A stretch of 17,758 bases of DNA from Bugula neritina. Taxonomy: Eukaryota > Animalia > Bryozoa. Where the stretch lies: NCBI GenBank assembly GCA_964035545.1, contig CAXIUT010000085.1:1-17758 (forward strand), read 5' to 3'. The notes under the pieces were generated by a model. It made no database searches. It was given only the letters and a program-made list of their open reading frames with translations, and was not told the DNA's origin. Shown here piece after piece: positions 10,752 to 17,758 of the stretch. The first letter of the stretch is position 1; each line of letters opens with the position of its first letter. A program made the position numbers and the translations under genes.

Positions 10752-12434
10752 ACAAATCAAGAGATTGTAGCTTTTTGTATTGATGATTGTCTTATATATT
10801 CTATTGCATAAATTAATTACTGAAAAAAGTTTATTATTGCTACTATTATTAAAACTATTCTATGTATTCATTCTTTTTCTTTCTTGTTCTTTCTTTTTCT
10901 CAAAAAGATTGGCATAATTTTTCTTTTACAAACTGGGGTAGACTTATGGTTTTATTTGTGTCGTTTTTAACTTGGTAGAGATAGAAATCTTTTGTTTATA
11001 CTTGCATATGAATGCTAGGTTAATAGAACTTTATTGTGACTTTTTTATTGAGTTGATAGTGTTGAATTTAGATGATGGTTGACGAGGTGGTAAGTGTTTC
11101 TTTGTTATTTTTTGTAATTATGATTGTTTTATTTGTTTCTTTATAAAAGTTATTATTTAATGTTTTATTCGGTCTTTCCTGAATGACTTCTTATTTTATA
11201 TTGATATTTTGATAGTTAGTTTGTTTTTAATATCTAACTTTTTCTTTTTTTATTGATTTAGAGAGAAATATCTTTTTTTGAATATTAGTTTTTAGTTAGT
11301 TTTTAAATGAATTAATCGATGAATACATCTAGAATGTTGGAATCAAAATTTATATTGAGTTTTTGACAATTTTTAAGACAAATTTCTTTAAGTACTGTTA
11401 AAAAATTAGTAAATTCTAGTTTTTTTGCCATTATTAGCTGATGATTTAAAGATATTTACTCTTTATTATATAGTTAGAAGAGAATCTATTTTAGTTAATC
11501 CTATCATTTTAAGAAAGTTTTACAAACTTAATAAACCATGAGATGATTATATTTACTAAAATAGCATCTTTTAGTTCCCTTATTTCTTTGAAAAAGATAT
11601 AAATAAATCTTCAAGTTTTTTTAATCTTTTTTAACTATACAAAATACTCTTTTTTAAACTTGGTGATTTAGGAGATTCTTTAGAATATGTATTTAAAATT
11701 TATAAATATCTATTTCTTTATTTTTGTATTGTGAGTTATTCTATTTTAGTTTATATTTAACTTATTTTTTATTCATTTTTGACTTAATTTTGAGAAGATT
11801 ATGTTTTTATTATGATAATTTCTTCTTTCTTCTTTCTCTGTTAGATAAAAATTAAAGTTCCTATTTTAATCTAAGATACTATGAACGCAATGAAACTATT
11901 GTTTTTTATTATTTTACCATATTGATTTGATTGGAAAGTATACTGAGTTAATCTGTAAGAACTTTCATTCTATATCTTAGATCTTATTTTGGTTTTTATG
12001 TTTATAGTGTATGCTTCAAATTTATGTTATTTTTATTGTATTTTCTTTTTATCTAGCCCTTATGATATCCATTGTTATTCAATTGATTTTCTTTTTATCC
12101 AAAATACATCTTATAAAATCTTTTAGTTCTTCAGTTAGTCTTTCCAATTTTTATTTATATTTTCTGAATTTTATCTGTAGAGTTGACTAATGAACATTCT
12201 AATAAGATTTTGTTTGATTTTTTTTATTGTTAAGGATGAATTGTACTTCAATATAGGATATTTCTTAGATGTTTTATAGTTCAATTGAGCGAATGATCTC
12301 TATTTTATTGATTAGTTTATTTTTCAAAGATGGACGGGAGTTCGATTGTCTTCATTATTTTATTTAATTGTGTTTAAAGCTATAATAAAAATAGCATCTT
12401 TTGTTTTAAATTCATTAAATGACTTAGTAAACAT
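10752..12434 (-). CDS. Hypothetical Lys/Glu/Ile-rich protein, 3'-truncated at the telomeric tract, with probable read indels
   Basis: Long TGA-free stretches on the minus strand and candidate short introns near 11860-11880 and 11438-11459. The last frame (...EDNHQYKKLQSLDL) runs into the repeats without a stop. Start is uncertain (12355 or 12434). Confidence 0.5.
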
Positions 12435-12776
12435 TAAAATTCAATTATTAAAGAAAATAAACAATTTTTTTTATAAAAATAAGAAAAAAAAATACTCAAA
12501 GGTAAATATATATTTTAATTTTTGTTTTATCTTAACTAATCTTCATCCTTGAGCTTTTATTTTGACTTAATCGTAAATTTTAATTTAATACTCATAAAGT
12601 ATTTATTTTATTTTTTAACAAACAAAATCATATTGCCACGTCAATTAGCATCGTAGATAAATAGCTAATCTAATAAAGAAGTTTAAAGAAAAAAGCAAGA
12701 TATTTTTTAAGCCCTACCTACCAAAATATTAAGGTTATTCATATAAAAATTATACGAAATATAAGATGTAAAACTA

Positions 12777-13275
12777 TGTAATTATAAAATAAAGACCTCA
12801 TAGATAACTATGATGTCAAAGGAACTCATAATATTCTTCCCCGAAAAAGTTACAGCTTAGACTAATTTTAAAATGAAGTCATTATGATCAATTTAAATCA
12901 TAGATAAAAATCAAGAAAAAAATGATACCTTTAAAAAGCTTTCTTTCTCAACCTCAATAAAATGTAGTCTTTTGTTATAACTCTTTCAATTGAAGATTAG
13001 AAAAGTAAAAGTTTTTAAAATAAAAAAAACAAGATCTAGATCAACATTCAAGTTTATACGAAGGGAAAAGGTCATCAATTTAATTGCTTCAAATAGTTAT
13101 AGGTAAATACTTCTTGGATTTCTAAGTTAGGATGATGCCTACTATGAAACAAAATGAAATTGATCATCGAGAAAAACTTGCGATTATTTAATCAAACAAG
13201 TAATATCGAGATAGGAGTTTAGGTAGTGATAAGGTTAATATAAAAATTTGTGAAGAAAATAAAATAAGGAGATGA
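12777..13275 (+). CDS. Possible hypothetical protein, frameshifted
   Basis: Protein-like segments (MELENKDLIDNYDVKGTHNILPRKSYS; MMPTMKQNEIDHREKLAII...KIRR*) lie in different frames. Candidate intron near 13103. The 5' end may lie further upstream. Confidence 0.35.
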
Positions 13276-13277
13276 GA

Positions 13278-13949
13278 TCATTCATCTGATTTATTCTTCA
13301 CCTTTTCAAAGGGAAAAATAAGAGCTCTCCTAAGGTTTTAAATATATTTAATTAGAATTATCTTGTTAGGAAAGTGTATCTGCGATGACTCAGAGCTTCT
13401 TCGATAAGAATCTTTGATTAAAAGATTAAAGAAGGTACTTTTTGTTCTTAAAACCACTAAAAAGAGTTCTAAAATCTTTAACATTTCCATGACTTTGTTT
13501 AAAAGTCTTTGTTAAAAGTTTTTATTCCTGACTAAGCATTCTTGCTTGTATTAACATCTTAAGAAGGTCACAGTTAGAGTTTTAAACCATTTTCCGAGGT
13601 TCTGTGTTTCGAATCTCGTTCCATCTAAGCATTTTTTGCGTTTTATTCTTGCTTAGACGCTGAAGTCTATAAGATAATCTCCATTTTCTTCTTCTTTCAT
13701 ATTTTCAATTTTAAATTATTCGGAAGAGTGATTTAAAGATTAAGAAGACCTTTTTTCAGAATATTCATTTCTTTAAGCTTCTATAACAAGCTATGATTCA
13801 GAGAATATTTATTGACTATTATTAAACTCTTATTCTTTATATTTTGTTCCGAAATAGTCAAAACTTAAAGAATCTTCATTAATTTCATTTGCTGTGAATG
13901 CTTACCTTGAGATTCTTTCAAAATGATCGAATTAGCTTATTATGTTCAT
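13278..13949 (-). CDS. Hypothetical protein (~223 aa), acidic N-terminal half and basic C-terminal half
   Basis: 672-nt open frame MNIISEFDHFERISRE...RFETQNLGKWFKTLTVTFLR...IKYIENLRRALIFPFEKVKNKSDE*. Confidence 0.65.
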
Positions 13950-14068
13950 GCTTATTTAAAAATTATAATTAACATCAGAAAGAAAAGAATTAAATCTCAA
14001 TAATTAACATTAAAAGAAGAGTTTTTATTCAAAAAAGAGCTATACTTGATTGACCTGAAGTTGTCGAC

Positions 14069-14690
14069 ATGAGAAATATCTTTGAAGATTCATAATATTG
14101 ATTTGAAGGAATTTAGAGAATAAAAAACAAAGATGATCAGTTTTAAAATTGTTGTAAAAAAGTTATATGTCGAAAAATGAGATTGTTTCCTAAATTTCTT
14201 TCGATTTTAGTACTTACAAAAGTGAAAGCTATCATATGGCGATCAAGCTTAGAAATTGTGGTTTTAATGCTTTATAATATTTGTTAGTAATTTAATAGGT
14301 AAAAAAATAGCATAATTGTTTTTTGTTATCTAAAATACTTTTCGATGTATAAAGTAAATAATAAGGCTTAAATTACGATAAGGCATTTAAAGATGACTTT
14401 TTCTGGGCAAGAGTAGTATATATTTAGTATTTTCTAAGCTCTAAATTGTTATTTTTGTTTTGTAAATAGAAATGGTTCTAATAAGCTATATATCTTTAGT
14501 TCAAGTGAAGGGAGCTAAACTTTTCATATTAATATTTATAAACTATTTTTCAAAGATGTAGATTTGTTTTAAATTGATATTTTATTCAACACTATTAAGT
14601 GATATTATATAACAAAATCAAAGAGATATCCACTCTTTTTAATTCTTTCAAAATGCTAAATAAAATAAAATTAAGAGCCAGATATCTATA
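14069..14690 (+). CDS. Possible hypothetical protein fragment, boundaries uncertain
   Basis: A ~100-codon TGA-free frame (..YHMAIKLRNCGFNALEYLLVIEEV..FKDDFFWARVVYIEYFLSS..) at about 14200-14508, with broken flanking frames. Confidence 0.25.
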
Positions 14691-14695
14691 TCTAA

Positions 14696-15318
14696 TCATT
14701 TTTTGACATTATCTACTACCCATGATAGTCCATCTTCCAGACCTTCTTGAGTTTTAGCTGAACAAGCTGTAATAGTCCCACTTCCTATTTTTTATCTCTT
14801 CCAATCTTTAGAAGATCTAAAATCTATATTTAAAATGATATTTACTTCGGCTGGTTGTAAAGCTTGTACGAGATCTTGCTTGTTTGCAAAAAATAAGTAA
14901 CGGCACCCCAGAAAAGGTCTTTTTCCTTCATAAAATAGTCTGTACGATGAGTAATTTTTCTAGCTAGACTCCAGCCTCTTTGACTCTTTTAATATCAGCA
15001 GAATCAATAACATAAATTAATGCGTCATTATTGATGATGTAATTGCCCCAGTATTCCTCTTAAAGCTTTTTGACCTCCAATATCCCAAATATTTAGTTTG
15101 TACTTTTCATGAGTGAGGTTTTTAATATTAAATCCTTGAGTTGGAGTGACAGTCTAGATACTCTATTTGGATGGTTAAGTACTTAATTGGAAAGAGCTTT
15201 TAAGATGGTTGTTTTTCCAGCATTATCAAGACCTAAAACCAGGATTTTGAGATCTTATTTTTTAGTTTTTCTAAGATTTTTGAGTATTCCCATGGAGGCC
15301 TCCTTGAGGTGATGACAT
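14696..15318 (-). CDS. ARL3: ADP-ribosylation factor-like GTPase 3 (ciliary ARL3), with several single-base indels
   Basis: Motifs [56 protein letters not shown] and [17 protein letters not shown]. Introns at 15163-15182 (20 nt), 14926-14945 (20 nt) and 14824-14845 (22 nt). Start is 15293 or 15318. Confidence 0.9.
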
Positions 15319-15613
15319 TTAGTTGTAAAATTAAAGATAAAAAAATAAAACAGTAAACTAAACTTCAATTCATAATAAATATTAATTCCCTTAGAATTAA
15401 TTTAATGCTAAAAAGTATTTTTGAACAACTTTGAAGTTTGTTGATTTTTTAAATAAATGTAAAAAAATGAGAGATAAAATATGAAAGATTTTATATAAAC
15501 TATTTCTTGTTTATAAGAAAAAAATCTTTATTTTTATTTATTTTTAGCTTTTTCTTTCCAAAAGTGATTTTCTATTGTCTATGCCAGGTAACTGACATAA
15601 TATTTCTATCATA

Positions 15614-16041
15614 ATGACATAGGACAGTAACGAGGACAATCTCAATTATTATCAAGAATATTGTCGTCTTATTTAGCTAATGTGGTTCTTCTCTCACAGT
15701 TAAGGGAGTTATTTAATGAGCGCAATGATCTGACAAGCAAGTTCTCAAAACTTTAGAAGAAAGGTAAATAAATCGAGTAAGGAGAGCGTAATAACTAAGA
15801 TAGAAAGAAGAGATTTAGAAGAACTGCTAATGAAATCGAGAGACATTATCGTTGTCCAGTTGATACATGTCAGAGATCTTATGGGTCTTAAGGGTCGCTT
15901 AATCAGCATTTAAAGGATTAAACATGAGAGTTGTATTTTCAGTTGCAATTGCAAACAGAAGAGTTTAAGTGGGAGTAATCAAGTCAAAAAGGCAATTTTG
16001 TGTTAAAGAAAAGTATTATGGCTCAGGCATAATATTAATGA
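15614..16041 (+). CDS. C2H2 zinc-finger protein with N-terminal coiled coil (ciliate-type), with read indels
   Basis: RKKRFRRTANEIERHYRCPVDTCQRSYGSEGSLNQHLK(I)KH gives C-x4-C-x12-H-x4-H. Upstream segment LANVVLLSQLRELFNERNDLTSKFSKLE. Indels near 15670 and 15916-15927. Confidence 0.85.
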
Positions 16042-16198
16042 TTTCCTTATGAATAATAATTGATAATTAATTGAAAACTAAATTTGTATAAATTTTGAGA
16101 GTTAGATAAATATATTTTTTGAAAGTGATATTTATAATATTCTAGAAATTTAACCTTATAAATTAAGATTCTAAGAACCATTAAAATATTTATTATCT

Positions 16199-17260
16199 AT
16201 GTTAAAATTTGTGCCCCTCTTAGCCATCTTTGTGTCTTTTGTTACAGCTACACCAAAATAACTAACTAAGTTCAGTATTTCTTCATACATTTTGCCAAAT
16301 AAAGTGCTTTAGATGCAGTTAGATGTTGTTGTCCCTCGTAGTCCCAACAAATATCCTGTCATCTTATTTATCACTGATTGTCAGGTCTAACTCCAGATTA
16401 CTTCCAAGCTGATTATATTAACTCTATTGCTTAGCAAGGGTACGCCTTTATGACTGTACTTCTTTTCCTATCTAGCTATTCTAAACTGCAAAGTCCCAAT
16501 CCCTAGAAGATCACTAACTCTCTGAAAAATGTTATAGATTGGATAAATGAAAATATGCAGACAGTTTTGAACAACAGAGTGCCTGGAGTAATTGCTGATC
16601 TTGATGATCGTTTTGTTTTGATGGGACATTCAGCTGGATGTCATATTACTACACAATATCTTAACAGCACTTGTGGTAAAGTCAAATTGCATATCATGTT
16701 GGATCCTGTCGATGGAGTTGATCTATGGGAATCAAAAAGGATTTCATTATTACGCCAGGAAAAATGCTTCCTTTTGCAACTCCTACATTAATTATCGCTA
16801 CTTAATTAGATCCTGTGTCTAGAAGTAAGGCAGAACCAGCCTGTGCACCGACTAATTTATCAAATGAAAGGTATTTTTGGAATAAAGTAGATTTTATGAT
16901 GCAATGAGCGGTCCTAAATGGTTTTTGAATGTTAGCAAATATGGCCATTTAGACTTTTTGGATACTGAGTATAGAGAAATAGGAAAGTTGATGTGTTCAA
17001 GTTGCAAATCTAACTGTGATTATGCAGCATACAGAACTCTTTTAAAGGAAGCTGTACTTAGTTTCTATGATGCTACTATTAATTCAAGTCCAATTGCATT
17101 GAAGATCATCTAGGAAGCTCAGTTCAAGATACCAACTACTTATAAACATAACTATAACGGATACGATAAACCTTTTAAAGGATTTTGCAAATATTTGGGA
17201 GTTGAAGAAAAGGTTGAGAAACTAAATCTTGAATACTAGATAATCGATACCTAACAATGA
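16199..17260 (+). CDS. Secreted chlorophyllase-like alpha/beta hydrolase
   Basis: Signal peptide MLKFVPLLAIFVSFVTA. Motifs KYPVILFI, MGHSAG (nucleophile Ser), LDPVDG (Asp), PACAP and YGHLDFLD (His) correspond to plant chlorophyllase GHSRG, DPVDG, PPCAP and YGHLDMLD. 20-nt introns at 16456-16475 and 16871-16890. About 3 single-base indels. Confidence 0.88.
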
Positions 17261-17549
17261 AATTGATCCATATCATTAATCTTGATTTAAAAATATAAAA
17301 TTAGTTTTATTTGAAATGATTTTATTATAAATGAATCTAAAATAGTGATCTAATTTTTTACTTTATTCAGAGTTTTCCCTATTTATTTGAGGAAATTATT
17401 TTTCTTAAATTGGAAATAATTGTGAAAACGTATTTTTTTTTAAAGGATAATTATGTCAGAAATCAAGAAATTAAAAAGGTATTTTTTGGATATAATTACA
17501 TATCTATTTATAGATTTTTTAATCGTTAGAACTTTTATGAGGAATTTAA

Positions 17550-17665
17550 AACTATCAAATCCATTATGCTATTTGATAAAAGATAGTTAGATTCTAATTA
17601 AATTGATAACTATCAAATCCATTATGCTATTTGATAAAAGATAGTTAGATTCTAATTAAATTGAT
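17550..17665 (+). repeat. Perfect 2 x 58-bp subtelomeric tandem duplication
   Basis: AACTATCAAATCCATTATGCTATTTGATAAAAGATAGTTAGATTCTAATTAAATTGAT occurs at 17550-17607 and 17608-17665. Confidence 0.95.
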
Positions 17666-17674
17666 TTGTTCTAT

Positions 17675-17758
17675 TTGGGGTTGGGGTTGGGGTTGGGGTT
17701 GGGGTTGGGGTTGGGGTTGGGGTTGGGGTTGGGGTTGGGGGTTGGGGTTGGGGTTGGG
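17675..17758 (+). repeat. Right telomere (TTGGGG)n
   Basis: G4T2 array running to the window end, with one G5 variant near 17740. Confidence 0.98.

Noticed and set aside
10397-10811. ORF-track proteins with PQPQ, GWGW and GLGL repeats
   Set aside because: These are translations of telomeric G4T2/C4A2 repeats, not genes.
15916-15930. In-frame TGA readthrough (Sec/Trp/Cys) in the zinc-finger gene
   Set aside because: Removing one G restores the expected HLKIKH zinc ligand, so compensating indels explain it better.
14696-16760. Euplotes-style programmed +1 frameshifting or pseudogenes
   Set aside because: The shifts go in both directions, are not at AAA-stop sites, cluster at homopolymers, and are absent from the first chromosome.
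17550-17665. CRISPR-like array or MITE
   Set aside because: Only two abutting copies with no spacers, and no target-site duplication, cas gene or transposase. The context is a eukaryotic subtelomere.

Overview
AT-rich ciliate macronuclear DNA, not prokaryotic. Bases 1-10602 look like a complete, telomere-to-telomere multi-gene minichromosome of about 10.6 kb: (CCCCAA)n at the left and (TTGGGG)n at the right. It carries 8 tightly packed genes: a YIPF1-like protein, a small secreted protein, a 3-repeat Myb factor, an eIF4G-like MIF4G protein, a pseudokinase-MORN protein and three hypothetical proteins. After it come a 43-nt fragment with a second G4T2 tract and a ~6.9-kb fragment that starts mid-gene and ends in a third G4T2 tract. 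That fragment encodes ARL3, a C2H2 zinc-finger protein, a secreted chlorophyllase-like hydrolase and several hypotheticals. It has many small indels and is probably a low-quality chimeric join. Conserved motifs show that TAA and TAG both encode Glu (peritrich-type code, table 30) rather than the Gln of Tetrahymena/Paramecium, and TGA is the only stop. Nearly all inferred introns are exactly 20 nt. The supplied standard-code ORF track is therefore mostly misleading. All translations were done by eye, with no database searches.
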